The translations under genes and the position numbers were made by a program. A stretch of 64,000 nucleotides of DNA. Source: Nemertoderma westbladi (lineage: Eukaryota > Animalia > Xenacoelomorpha). This document shows positions 52,026 through 64,000 of the stretch, in pieces. Below the pieces are notes generated by a model that saw only the letters and a list, made by a program, of their open reading frames with translations, was not told the origin of the DNA and made no database searches. Location: contig JAUCBJ010001930.1 in NCBI GenBank assembly GCA_032718475.1, forward strand, positions 1 to 64,000, read 5' to 3'. The first letter of the stretch is position 1; every line of letters starts with the position of its first letter.

Positions 52026-53327
52026 TTTATGCGATTATTCGCAACATTCATGTCCCCAAGTTTATTCCTACAGTAATTGTGCTTGTTATACATACCGTTA
52101 TAGTTAAACTAACCCCGGTACTACATCAGGGCTGCTTGGCGTAGGTAAAGACTGACGACTTTGTGCTTCGGTCACTCCAGCAGATGCCGTGGTTCTTTTA
52201 ACTGTTCAAGTATATTTAACTACTGATTATTTGTTATACCGGTACTTGTACCTAATTTAGGGTTTAGTGTACAGTGCTGTCCGAAGTAATTAGTGTAGGC
52301 AGTATATTTGTGTTGTAAAGTGGTTGATAGGCACATTCGTTAGCTCTATTAGCTTCTGGGTAGGAACAATCCGTGATACATAACGTAGTACCTATAGCGA
52401 TACGGTTATAGGTCGTCAGGCGGTGGTATTTTCCTATCTGGACAGTACAATATATTTTCTACTACTTATTATTTAAATACCGTAGTACCCTGTCCTTTGT
52501 CATAGCCAGAAATCTAACCCTTTGTTAGACTGGTTTGTAGACTTCCTGTAAAATTACCCTAAAAATTTCGTACGTAATATTTTGTTGTGTTTAATTAGAG
52601 AATTGATCTCACCCGTATCGTAAGTAATTTGTAGTATTAAGTAACTTAGGTAAATTAGAATTATCAGTTTTAGTGTCAAATAAATAACACTTCACTGAGA
52701 GCGCTCAGCTTCTGTGTAGTGACTTCCCCAGAAATAATAACATTTATTTCAAATATTGTCAAAACCCCTTTTTAAACGGGTATATATCTATTATAAATCA
52801 ACTCAAACGATTTATAAATAGTAGGCCTGCCATACAACAACTAGGTCTCACTGTCAGTTGGACTACTGCTTAAATAACGGTAATAAAGTAAGTTAAAGTA
52901 ACTAAGTAACTTTAAAATATTCAGAAATTCAATTATTCTAAAAATAATTGACATACCGGTACTTACAATAGGCTTATTATATTTATTTTTATAAATTTGA
53001 GCTGAAATCATACCGGTACTCTGTAATTAATTCTAGTCCAGAATTATACTTATATACTATAAGTGTAAGCTGTATACCGGTATTCATTATAGGCCTACTA
53101 TATATATATATATTTGTGCTAAAATTATACCGGTACTCTGTGACACATCTAGTTTGTAATAACACTTATATATTATAAGCATGCCGGTATTCTAATATAT
53201 TGTGTATATATCACGTTACACTGGGTAACGGTACCGGTAATAAATCGCTAGGCTTGCGGTCATACGGAATTACTAGACTTGCTTTAACTGAAACTATAGT
53301 AGTAGACATTCAACTGTATAACTAAAC

Positions 53328-56300
53328 ATGTCTGACACTCAGCAAAACCTGTCGGACAGTCTGATCGATACAACTATCTGTGATTCAGATAGGAGTGTGG
53401 AGCGAATAAGAGAGGAGTTCGGCTCACCTCATACTGTAAAAAAGGTCATCCCTCCAGTAGTATCAGACCCTAGGCTAGTCCACCATAGGTCCATCATAGG
53501 CACTAGGGCACAGGTAAAACGGGACCAAGAGGCAGTTGTCTTATCGCAGCAACATCTTGGTCAAGAACCTACTTCCCAGCGACCCGATAGCTCCAGCAGT
53601 TCGGATACTGTAGAGCTGACTCCCGAACATGGAGTGCAGATGTCTGATAAAGTCTACTCGGACCCCCTTCTTACTCTTCCTGCTGCAGTGCTAACTACTA
53701 TATTCATTGCGGTGGAGGAACATCAAGCCGACTGGGCGAAGAATAGGCGAGCGACCCAAGATAATTACGCGGGATACGCCAGGGAAGAATTGATATCTAT
53801 TGTTGAATCACAATGGAACTTTCCCGGACTCGGACTTCCGTTTGATATGTCCGAGGCTACTTGGGAAGATATACACAAGATGGGAGTGGCAAAAGATACA
53901 ATGGATCCAGCTGTTTGGAAGAGGTCGGCAGCAGGATATGTGCAGGGATTCTTCGGCTCCTTGGAGCGCTTGGAAGAACAACTGTTTCGACAACATCACG
54001 GACCTCAAGAGCAGGAAGAGCTGCTATACCAAGTACGCGAAAGAACCCTACGCATTCGACTAATCCTCTCAGCCTTTGAGGAAACTTCCAAAAGAAGACA
54101 GGACACTTCGCTGCAGGTTGCTGTCAAAACTTGGCTACATCGGGTAGATCTCAAAGTACAGGAAACAGCCCCCTGGAAATCCCAGCTGGCTGAGAGATCA
54201 ACCTATGAAGAACAAACTGATGTCACCCTTTCTCAAGCAGAAAGCGAAGAGGCCGCCGAGAAACCGCGAACTAGAGACGCTATCGACATTTATTTGTCCG
54301 ACTATCAGCGATTCCTAGGAGACGAAGAGTTGAGGAGACGGCTGCATGGACTTTCCCCTAATAGTGAAGGAACCAAGCTTATATTGGACTCAATCGATGC
54401 CGAAATGTTAGCTGCAAACCAAGCTGAATGTGATGAAAAACTCCGCCTCATTAGAGTCCGAGAAGAACAAGTAAAGAAAGAACTGATAGAGAGAAGAAAG
54501 GTAGCAGCAGCAGCGGCGGCGGAAGCAGAAGCAGAAAGAAAAGAAGCAGAAGCCGAAAGAAAGGAAAAAGCGGCAGAAGCAGAAGAAGAAAGAAAAGCGG
54601 CGGAAGCCGAAAGAAAGGAAAAAGCGGCAGAAGCAGAAGAAGAAAGAAAAGCGGCGGAAGCCGAAAGAAAGGCAAAAGCGGCGGAAGCAGAAGAAGAAAG
54701 AAAAACGGCGGAAGCCGAAAGAAAGGCAACAGTGGCAGAAGCAGAACGGAGAGCGTCTGAGGCGACTATCCAATTGGAGTTGGAAAAGCTGCAAGAGACG
54801 CAAGACAGTATAAATAAACAGTTTACTGCTAATCAAATGCAGCTGATGAGAAAATCTACTCCCAAGCGCCAGGGGTACACATCATCGGAAGAAGGCGATA
54901 CTACCGACCCTGAAGGCGGAGGAGATAGATCTCATCTAAGTAGGCGTAGAAAAACATATTACCGTCGTAAATTGCCTGATTTGCCCCCAGCTGTTAAAAG
55001 ACAGCTAAATAGCACAGATTTAGGTAGTGCAGAACCCATAGAACAATTTATCCAGGTCAAAAGACTCCCTACTATAGTCGATGAACCTGAAATAATTAGG
55101 CCTGTAGTTCCCAAAGTCACTTCTGTGCTAGAGACCCCTACACTTCCAGAGCTTAACTCTAAATTCCCTTTACATAGCACTACACTGCCTGTACCCGGTG
55201 GAACAGTCCATTCAAATACCCCTGTCCAGATAGCAGAGAGAGAAATCAATAATTTGTCTCCCGTCGTCCCGCGTCAGCCCGCTACTATGTTGGCGACTCC
55301 CGCTTCAGCGGTTGAGTGGGTGGAGGAGGGACGGCGGGGGATGAATCTCCTGTTAGGACAGATGCAGGAGACTGTCCACCAACTTAAGGGAACAGTGAGG
55401 GAAGGTAGAGCAGAGTTGCAAGAAGTGCAGCAAAGTATCGCGCTAGAACGCGACAAATTAGTCAATATACAAAAAGGCATACCAATGCCCCCTGTAACAT
55501 TGTGTCAACCCGTTAGGTCTGAAGTATTACATGCGCAAGGTGTGGAGCCTACACGCATCTATACTGCTAGTGAAGTTGAAACCCCTATAGCAAACCCTAT
55601 TAAGGGTGATTATAGACCTGTTATTAATGATATTCCCTATAGACATGATAATGATCCGAGAAATTTGTATACCGATAATTCGATATTAAATAACACGATG
55701 GCCCAAGAAAGCTTTACGCGTCAGATGGCTAGAACAGAAGCCCGCCAAGCGGTCAAAGTGGGAGAGATCATCAAATTCAATGGAGATGAGATGAAATGGT
55801 TACCTTTCAACGAATATTATAAAGATAGCATACAGAACTCTGTACTATCTAACGGAGAGAAACTTAGATTCCTCATCAAGTGCTTGGAAGGACCTCCCAA
55901 GTTAATGGCGTTAAAGTTTATTGGACATCCAGAAGGATTAAGACAAGTTTGGGATACATTAAACATCAGGTATGGTAACAAAGATAACATAGCTAAGTAT
56001 TTGTATACCAAGTTAGTAGCCCCCCGACACTTCCTTAGTAGTGGGATTATAGAGTTTTCCGATGAAATACAAGAGATCTGTAGACAACTGGACTGGTTAG
56101 GTAAGTCGCACGAATACCAGAGTTCCATGGTTATTGGAGCCGTAGTCTCTACTTTACCAAAGGGTGGAGTATGTACACGCTGGGACAAGAAAGTGTTGTA
56201 CATGAATGAACAACAACGACGAAGTCCTACCATGGCTGATCTCATGTCTTTCTTAGATAGTGAAGTAAAATTACAACTCATAAGGCAGGCCAGAGAGAAA

Positions 56301-57071
56301 ACATCGGAAAATAAGGTAAGTGAGAAACCCGATTCTAGGAGAAGGATAATACCAGTGTGTTATACTGACGACGGCGAAAGCCAAGCTTCTCAAGAAGAGG
56401 ACAGCGGGAAAGACACAGCAAAATCTTACTATGACAACAAGACCTATAAAGACGTAAGTAAATACAAGTCTCGAACCAGTGACAGGAGAGAACAGGTAAC
56501 AACAACTCCTCCTACGTCTCCTAAGAGAATTCACGGAAGAAAGCCCGAAGAAAGAACGAGAGTGCAGAACGTTAACCAAGTTAAGGTGAGTAACATCAAA
56601 CCAAAATGTGCGCTGTGCGACGGGCCTCACCGTTTGAGTGCGTGTGCTGAATTTCTAAAGAAATCCCCTGTAGACAGACGTACAGTCCTGTGGAATAAGC
56701 GGCTATGCTATAATTGCCTCAGATCAGGACACCAACGGCGAACCTGTTACTCCGACGTAAAGTGTGCAAAGTGTGGCGCGAAACATCACATCTTGTTACA
56801 CAGTGAGTTCGAACGAGACAACCAGAGTCAGGTAAGTGAGCCCGAACTACATGTCCAATTCAGTGATGTGAACGACACTGACCAAGGTTCTGAGTGGGAA
56901 GGATTCTATACAGACGAATTCTCCGATGCCAACGAATCCTGTTATCTAATAAATACCGCAGTGTATCGAGCACTTACTTACGAAAAAGACATCAACGAGG
57001 AGTTTCCCCAAACTACTTTCGCCAAACAACCATCTTGGAAAGCTCCAGCTTCCAACGTAGGAATCAGATAA
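53328..57071 (+). CDS. gag: BEL/Pao Gag (1247 aa)
   Basis: Ala/Glu coiled-coil repeats; DUF1759-like FNGD...WLPF...KLRFLIKCLEG; knuckles CALCDGPHRLSAC, CYNCLRSGHQRRTC, CAKCGAKHHILLH. Confidence 0.92.
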   Translation: MSDTQQNLSDSLIDTTICDSDRSVERIREEFGSPHTVKKVIPPVVSDPRLVHHRSIIGTRAQVKRDQEAVVLSQQHLGQEPTSQRPDSSSSSDTVELTPEHGVQMSDKVYSDPLLTLPAAVLTTIFIAVEEHQADWAKNRRATQDNYAGYAREELISIVESQWNFPGLGLPFDMSEATWEDIHKMGVAKDTMDPAVWKRSAAGYVQGFFGSLERLEEQLFRQHHGPQEQEELLYQVRERTLRIRLILSAFEETSKRRQDTSLQVAVKTWLHRVDLKVQETAPWKSQLAERSTYEEQTDVTLSQAESEEAAEKPRTRDAIDIYLSDYQRFLGDEELRRRLHGLSPNSEGTKLILDSIDAEMLAANQAECDEKLRLIRVREEQVKKELIERRKVAAAAAAEAEAERKEAEAERKEKAAEAEEERKAAEAERKEKAAEAEEERKAAEAERKAKAAEAEEERKTAEAERKATVAEAERRASEATIQLELEKLQETQDSINKQFTANQMQLMRKSTPKRQGYTSSEEGDTTDPEGGGDRSHLSRRRKTYYRRKLPDLPPAVKRQLNSTDLGSAEPIEQFIQVKRLPTIVDEPEIIRPVVPKVTSVLETPTLPELNSKFPLHSTTLPVPGGTVHSNTPVQIAEREINNLSPVVPRQPATMLATPASAVEWVEEGRRGMNLLLGQMQETVHQLKGTVREGRAELQEVQQSIALERDKLVNIQKGIPMPPVTLCQPVRSEVLHAQGVEPTRIYTASEVETPIANPIKGDYRPVINDIPYRHDNDPRNLYTDNSILNNTMAQESFTRQMARTEARQAVKVGEIIKFNGDEMKWLPFNEYYKDSIQNSVLSNGEKLRFLIKCLEGPPKLMALKFIGHPEGLRQVWDTLNIRYGNKDNIAKYLYTKLVAPRHFLSSGIIEFSDEIQEICRQLDWLGKSHEYQSSMVIGAVVSTLPKGGVCTRWDKKVLYMNEQQRRSPTMADLMSFLDSEVKLQLIRQAREKTSENKVSEKPDSRRRIIPVCYTDDGESQASQEEDSGKDTAKSYYDNKTYKDVSKYKSRTSDRREQVTTTPPTSPKRIHGRKPEERTRVQNVNQVKVSNIKPKCALCDGPHRLSACAEFLKKSPVDRRTVLWNKRLCYNCLRSGHQRRTCYSDVKCAKCGAKHHILLHSEFERDNQSQVSEPELHVQFSDVNDTDQGSEWEGFYTDEFSDANESCYLINTAVYRALTYEKDINEEFPQTTFAKQPSWKAPASNVGIR

Positions 57072-58037
57072 TTTCCTGTAGTTCAGGTAAGAGTTCACGG
57101 TCTTAACAAAAGCTACATAGTGAACGCCCTCCTGGACTCCGGCAGCACAGGAACATTCATCGATCAAGAACTAGCCGAAGATATCTTTGCTGGACAACCC
57201 AAGTTCCGGACTAAATTGAATATGTCAGGAATTATGCAGGTTTGGAAATCTACCCTGACGGCAGATTACTATGTAGGTGTGTTGTCCACCCCCCAGGATA
57301 AGTTAGGAACACAAGGTGTAAGGTCAGTAAAAATGGTGGCTATAAAGAACTTTGCTACTACTCAAGCAGACCTTTATAATTGGGACGAAGATGAGAGCGT
57401 CCAACATCTTAAGATACCTCGATTCCAGACAGATTATCCTGGAGTGCAAATACTTATCGGCCAAAACGCGCACGAGGCGCTCGAGCCATTAGAGAAACGG
57501 CCTGCTCAACCGCAGCCATTACAAACTTATGCGGTAAGAACTAGAGTAGGTTGGTACTTCACTGGCCCTTCCCGTAGAACTCTCAAAGAGAGATTACCTC
57601 AACCACAGGTATACCAAGTAAAGGGGGAAGTGGAGAGCAGTGATGTGGACGATCCAACTGAGGGAACACCATACTCCTCAGATAATGACGATATTAACTC
57701 CAATGTAGATCAATGGAGACATTGCCTTGGGACGATTAATCCAGCCGACATCGATTCCAGAAGAGCAACTCCTCAAGAACGGATAGATACTCCCGGCTGG
57801 TTAGGTGGACCCGACTCCCTAAGTAAAGAAGAAGATGAATGGCCTCCTCATCTTACCACTGAGGAGATTAGACAGGCCAAGGGAGCGGCGGAAGTAACAC
57901 GACAGCCTAATCACCCAGCTGGTCGCTTAGGTTTACTGGAAAGAGACCGAAAACTGTCCGGAAACCATGGAAGGCAGGATACTCTTCCTACGACCACTTC
58001 CCTAATTCGACAAAGATCTAGGGACTCCATAACGTAA
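57072..58037 (+). pseudogene. Aspartic protease fused in frame to two short pol remnants
   Basis: Same frame as gag after a single TAA; ALLDSGS and ILIG...RTRVGW; junctions at about 57698 (to the equivalent of about 807) and about 57895 (to the equivalent of about 2616). Confidence 0.88.
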
Positions 58038-59498
58038 TTATATATGGAGTGGGTGTGTGACTATATCATTTTATATTTGTTTTTATTTTATATTTATGTA
58101 TGTATTATTATGTAATTTTATTATAATCGTTTTCTTTAATTTTATTTAGTAGAATGTTATTTTAGAATATTTAGTAAATTAGTGCAATATATTAGTGTTT
58201 ATTATGTATTTAATTACTTATAATATATATTTAGTGCGACGGCAAGAAGTAATTATTTTCTCTTTCCTTACTGTCCGTATTATATTATAAATGCGAGACT
58301 ATAGTAAGATGACATGTCAGTACTTCTTAAAGTACAATAAAGCCACTACTATACTTAAGTATTATTGGTAGGCAGAGTATTAGGAATGCAAAGTTCAGAT
58401 CCTCGTGTCTCGGCTAAACCAAGCTCTGGGTAGACCTTGGGAAACGACTTGCCTCTTCACACTGACATTGCTTCGTGCGATATTGCTCTTCTACCTTATA
58501 ACAAATAATACATATAGTAGCGTGATGTCCCTCTAACAGTAGCGTAAATCGCAAATAAATCTGTTAAACTTTTGACCATCTGTAATTCTAGTCGATTAAG
58601 ATATCGTAGCACTTACCGATACTCTTAAAAGACAAATTTCATAGAATTCAGGATCCTAAGTCCCCAGATATGCTCTGGAATAAAATTTATGTCAATTTAA
58701 TATCAAATAATAAAATTCACGGGAATAAATTTAAATTCATATTCGAATGAATTTCATAAATTGTCATTTTGTGCAATTTATAACATTCCCAAAATTCCAG
58801 TAATTAATAGATCATGGGAGCGGAGATTCATATTGAGTGTGCTAGAGTGTGAGAATCTCCAACATATAGTCAATAGCCGATAAAATTTATAAAATCATGC
58901 ATAAAGAGGATATTGACAATTAAAGAATTACTATTAAATAACATCCCAGATCTGTATGCTTGAGGATTGCCCTAATTCTACCGCTAGTTTTCCATAATGT
59001 CACCATGGCAACACCCACGCTAGAATTAGAAGCAAGTTAAAAGAACAATAAAGGGCTTGCCCCATTGCGTAGCATAAGAGTATACATAGCGCGCTATTAG
59101 TATCCAAGGATACATAGTAAATACGTGACATCCTGGAAGACACTGACTAACGGACAAATGGTATGTATGTGTGCAGTAAGTAATGATTGTATGGAATTTG
59201 TGCGTTTATAGGTGAATGTTACTACTAAAGTGTGTTTACAGTAGCTAATCGCAATTGTAAAATAGCCCTAACTCTACCGAGATAACCTCAAGTGGATTCA
59301 AGCCTTTAGGACGGACAGTGGTGGGACTTGTGCCGGTTATCGTTGTCGTGCTGTGCTACATGTTGGCGTAAACACTGCGACAGCGGTACATCGGCGCTGA
59401 GAAACCCACTGTCCGGGGGCAAAAAGCCTAATAGGCAGCGACGCCCGCCTGCCTAAAATATTAACTTATATTGATATTAACAAACTCAGATAGCAGAT

Positions 59499-60788
59499 AT
59501 GACGGAATTGATAGAAGATGACCTTGGTATTAGAGAGCGATATACTCTACCTTTACAAGCGTTTGTGGATAGCTTGATACGCGGTGAAGCCGATCCGACT
59601 ATTACGGAGGACGATGGTCGTTATATCGAACCGCCGATGTCCCAAGAGCAACTTACGTGTGAATTGGACTATCGAAAATTAACCGCTCGCTATACGCATC
59701 GTAATGGTACGTATATGGACTTCTTAACTACCGGCCATCCTATCGATTTACATGATACGGACGATGTAGACACCGAAAGGGAAATGGTTCTATTTAAATA
59801 TCATACCCAGCGGCGTCGTAACGATAAACCGAGAATAGATCACGAAAATTCTATTCGTAACAGACTGGGAAGACGAACCAATATGTCTGGAATCTGAAGA
59901 GATTCAGCCTATCGCGCTCGGAACAACGACAACGATTACATCCTAGAATGGTATCAAGGTCCACAGTGTCTCACTGCGTACGATTATCGCCATGCCAACT
60001 ATGTTTCTCGGCAACGTTGTCGGTTATGCGCATCGAGAGACCATGTTACGCCCATGGACACAAACGTCCGCTGTTCCTATTTCCACGAACAACCGGCGAT
60101 GGAAATTTATTGCGCGTATTGCAGATTTAATAATTTGCATATTTTTGCGGTTTGCCCTCAATTTATGACTCAATGTCACCACTGTCAACTAAAGGGACAC
60201 GCCAGTTTCGATTGCCCTTTTTAATCGCGATTTGGAAAGCGTAGATGAAATGATCACACTACGTTACATTAGAGCTTGGGAAGCGAACGCTGATTTACAT
60301 CGTGATTCGCGCCATCGCTATTATCCTGGACGCGCTTACGAAGGAATTTATGCGTTCCATCCTTATCTATTCGCTTCTGTCGAACAGAAATCACGCATAT
60401 CGAGTTACAGGAAGTATATCGACGGCCTTACGAGTACCAAGCCCGCGAACGCGAGTTGGAAAGAACCATTAAACCAAGGAAGTTTCTAACTGCCTATGGT
60501 CCACCCACGGCCCTCGTTCAGACCACTCGTAAAGGACCCGTAAGAGCGGCTGTCTTGAAACGAGCTCTCAAAGCCGTTAGACCCCTCTCCCCGGACGTTG
60601 ATGTCAATCAACCCAGTACTTCGACCGGCGGATATACCGATCGCAATCCCATACCTTCTGATGCAATCATATTGCACCCTTCACCCAGGAGTTATAGCCC
60701 TCCTCGTAAAGTGGCTCGCCCCAAAGAGAAAAGGACTCTTGCTAGCTTTAAAAAGCTGCGTAAACGCCGTCCGCGCAAGAAAGACTAA
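59499..60788 (+). pseudogene. Extra ORF (ORF3) of element B with central CCHC zinc knuckles
   Basis: Homologous ends to 4468-6189; the frame continues past TGA 59895-59897 through three Cys/His motifs; frameshifts at about 60220 and about 60440. Confidence 0.78.
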
Positions 60789-60866
60789 CTGTTTAGAGTA
60801 TTTTTATATTTTAGAAACTGTGATTTGGTATATTTTATAGACTTAAATCCCATTTTCTGGGAGCGG

Positions 60867-61863
60867 TGTAAAAGCTTTTGTGGGATAACTGATACGTTTG
60901 CCTTTGCTGGCCAGTTCTCCCCCAGGCGCTGGAATACTCTAAAAAGGTTTTCTAACTGTATATATATTCCCCTCGCCCGCAAGGTACCTTTACAGGTGTT
61001 TTAACGGACATAAAAATCATTCTGCTATATACGTGTTTTGGCGGACATGGTAAGGCAAAAACTTGTAATGCACCAACTACCTTTCACAGCTTAGCCGTGA
61101 TGATTCATATTACGACATCTAGCAGCTGGTTGCTGACATGGAAACAGCCATTGGACGCGTGGTTCTTTGTTTGGCTTGGGCCAATCAGGGCGGTTTTTCC
61201 TGTCGACGTGTAGCTTTTCTGCCGATCATAAGGAGAGTGTTCTGTCTTACTGTTTTACTTGTTACTTTGTTGTTATTGCTGTCTAAGCCAGAAACACCGG
61301 CCTTTTGGGAAGAACTCTAGTAAACTGCTTGAATTATCGAAAGTATAAACTGTTACCGAATCGAATCACAATTAATTAATCAATCAAATCGAAAGACAGC
61401 ATTAACTCACTTAATTTAATTGCATTAATCATATTGTTTGTACTGTTATTTTACCGTCAGTCATTAATTGTACCTATTTGGTGATGGAAATATTGCTATT
61501 TGGATAATACGGATAAATCACCCAATTCCCAATTTTCTTGATAACACTACAGGTTAGAGAGACCGGCTATACATAACAATTGCGATTTATATTAATGTGG
61601 TGTGTATTGAATCCAATGTTATTTAGCAGACCCTACGTGAGTCAATTACTGCTCTCTTTATGTTTGATCAAATATACTGACTGTCGGCAGAATAGTCTCC
61701 CGGGTGTAGATCCATCGGGTGAATGATCGCGCATGGGCTGACTTCGGCTAATGTTTTGCGTATTAGCATAAATTATTGTCGTATGCTAAAGTGGTTTTAA
61801 TTAACTAAAAGACATATAAATTTTGGCAGGTTAAACTGCTAAAGGTCTTCAAAAGCGCGAACA
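60867..61863 (+). repeat. 3' LTR of element B (997 bp; 260-bp deletion relative to the 5' LTR)
   Basis: Lacks the equivalent of 50641-50900, with AGT microhomology at the junction. Otherwise only one substitution was noticed (50626 vs 61682). Confidence 0.96.
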
Positions 61864-62416
61864 GCGATATTGATAAATCCGATTGTAATAACTATTGACG
61901 AATATATAATAAACAATTAATAGCCAAACACCAATGAACACAACTTTCGAAACCAAGGCGTCACGCACAAGTCAACGTTAGTCGGGCCAATGATAAAAGA
62001 CTATAACTACCAATGCCCTAGTAGCATACGGTAGGTTTAACTATAAGTACAGCAGTATCGCTTACCGGTACTGAGTAACACGTAAACTCATAAGTTAAAA
62101 GATAATCTACCGGTACTCGCTGATAAGCTAATTCAAAATTCCCTCTCACAAATTCCCCCCTACTTAAAACTTTGAATAAAGTGAACAAAAATTACTTTAC
62201 TTACAGTAAGTCAATGCAATAATCCGCTAAAGATAATAGTTCTTGGCGATAATCGCAACATTTCCTAAAAAAAATTACTGTATCAAACAAATATATAACA
62301 CCAAAAAAAAACTAAAAATACCATCAATATCATAGTTAGAATAGTAATTTAAATCATTGAATAGTAAATCAAAATTGCAAAAGCAATACAGTACAAAAGT
62401 TCTGTAATTAACCCAA

Positions 62417-64000
62417 TTACATCGAAACAATAAAATCGTCTTTGGTAACTTTACGCGGGTTCTTTTTCGTCAATACATCGGCCAAATTCTTCTCTGAAGC
62501 AATTAATTTCAGTTTCCAATCATTCCTTATGATCCCTTCACAGATATACGAGAAATCTATCAACAGGCGTTTTTCCAATGGTGTTCCTCGTTTACCGGAA
62601 ACAGCGTCAAACAAAGATTTATTATCAGTGTACGCTTCTATCGCAGTAAAATAACCAGTTATTCATTCAATGATGTTCCGAACAAAACAGGCAGCGTCTA
62701 GACCATCGACCAAAGCAATTGTTTCGGCTGATAAAGCGCTCTTAGCAACTCGTCGTGTCTTAACGGATCTCCACGAAATTAATGAACTACCCCAATAAAT
62801 AATATACCCACACCAACTGGGTAAATCAAACGAGGCATCACAATAAACGGTTAGCTTGTTAGATTCCACCTTGGTATAATGTAAACCAACATTCGCTGTG
62901 TGCTGTAAATAACGTATTAATTTGTTAATCGTATTCTTCGTAACATCTGTCATTTCTTGGTTATTTAACATGGAAAGTGAACCAACATGAAATGATATGT
63001 CTGGCCTCGAAGTTCCAGCCACCCATAAAAGTTTGCCGACAATTTTCCGATTAATATTTGGTTTATATTGATTATCCACTTCATCAACTGAAAGCTCTAT
63101 TAAATTTGAAACAAATTGAGATTGATTAATTTCAATCAAACCATTTTCTGAACGACGAATCTGCATACCAAGAAAATTGCTCCACTCTGAGGACAATATT
63201 TTCTTATATCCAATGGTCAATCGATGTAAAACTTTGTTTAATACGACTCCAAATTCTACAGATCCTATAGAAATGATGTCATCTACATGGACTGCCATAC
63301 AACCAATTATTTCTCTCCGTCGGCTCTGTCCGAGGGACAAGATTTTCCATTAAGAATACTTAGCTCTTCGTACAATCGATTGTACCATTGACGTGAGGCA
63401 TCAGTTAAACCGTACGCATCGTTTTAGTTTCCAATCATAGCCTGGTCTCGCATAATCACGCAGTGGTATAACAAAAACATCTCTAGAGATATTAGACCCT
63501 TGAAGGAATGCAGTCTTAATATCAATAAATGTGATATCCCAGTTGTTCGTTAGAGCCAAAACTAGCAGCAAACGTATAGATTACGCATAGAAACGATAGA
63601 AACGCAAGTTGGAGAATAAGATTCTGGATTATCCAAATCTTCAAACCCTCTAGCTACCAATCTCGCTTTTGGTACTTTTGCGCCATGGGGTGTTTTCTTC
63701 CAAGTCAATACCCATTTGGTAGTCACGGTATTCATGCCTTCCTTAAAAGGTATTTCTTCATAGACATCATTAGCTGCCCATTGACTCAACTCGTCAAGCT
63801 TGGCAGCCTTAAATGGATCGAAGCTGTCATCATCATTAGCATTAGAGTTGAACATAGCCACTTCACACAATTCAACCTCAGATTCCGGATTTTTTGCAGG
63901 ACCTCTCAAGCGATTTCTTAGTGGGTAAGTCTTGGTCTGGCTGTCTTTGACTAATTTTCTAGAACTACAAGATCCGTTTACACCACCATTAACATTCTCA
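62417..64000 (-). pseudogene. pol: Copia pol (RT and RNase H), frameshifted
   Basis: KWVLTWK...KARLVARGF, AVHVDDII, VGKLLW...SRPDI, YCDAS, AETIAL, NLADVLTK. Confidence 0.92.

Larger units (their letters stand above)
49811..61863 (+). mobile_element. BEL/Pao LTR retrotransposon 'B', complete ends, non-autonomous (RT, most of RNase H, and integrase deleted)
   Basis: Paired LTRs TGT...ACA; 5-bp TSD GCGAT (49806-49810, 61864-61868); gag with three Cys/His knuckles; protease; PPT GGGAGCGG. Confidence 0.96.
49741..64000 (-). mobile_element. Ty1/Copia LTR retrotransposon (3' part); its 3' LTR (62150 down to 61869, plus 49810 down to 49741; about 350 bp) is split by BEL element B
   Basis: Minus-strand PPT AGGGGGGAATT precedes TGTGAGAGGG at 62150; the LTR would end CTAACA at 49741; RT/RNase H lie upstream. 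Confidence 0.78.

Noticed and set aside
54408-54836. Phe/Arg-rich and Leu/Pro-rich minus-strand ORFs
   Set aside because: Antisense shadows of the Gag Ala/Glu repeat.

Overview
AT-rich eukaryotic (invertebrate-like) repeat-dense region with no intact host gene evident. It holds two related BEL/Pao LTR retrotransposons: a degraded 3' half at 1-7420 and a complete, internally deleted non-autonomous copy at 49811-61863 with a GCGAT target-site duplication (TSD). Both carry an extra ORF after pol whose ends are conserved but whose middle is swapped. A segmental duplication (about 11657-21102 vs 31299-44000) contains a Penelope (GIY-YIG) remnant and a frameshifted C2H2 zinc-finger array gene. Also present: an EnSpm/CACTA-like DNA transposon with a spliced accessory gene and an intronic 62-bp satellite, L2/CR1-group and RTE LINEs, a Copia element and several MITEs. 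The most notable signal is two unrelated families of roughly 350-410 nt non-coding retroelements that couple tRNA-like RNA polymerase III A/B boxes to a hammerhead ribozyme. One (41722-42211) has the schistosome SMalpha-like order. The other (47627-48041) has the hammerhead between the A and B boxes, in place of the anticodon arm. Both show end-to-start junctions consistent with a circular or tandem RNA template. All alignments were made by eye; no database searches were run.
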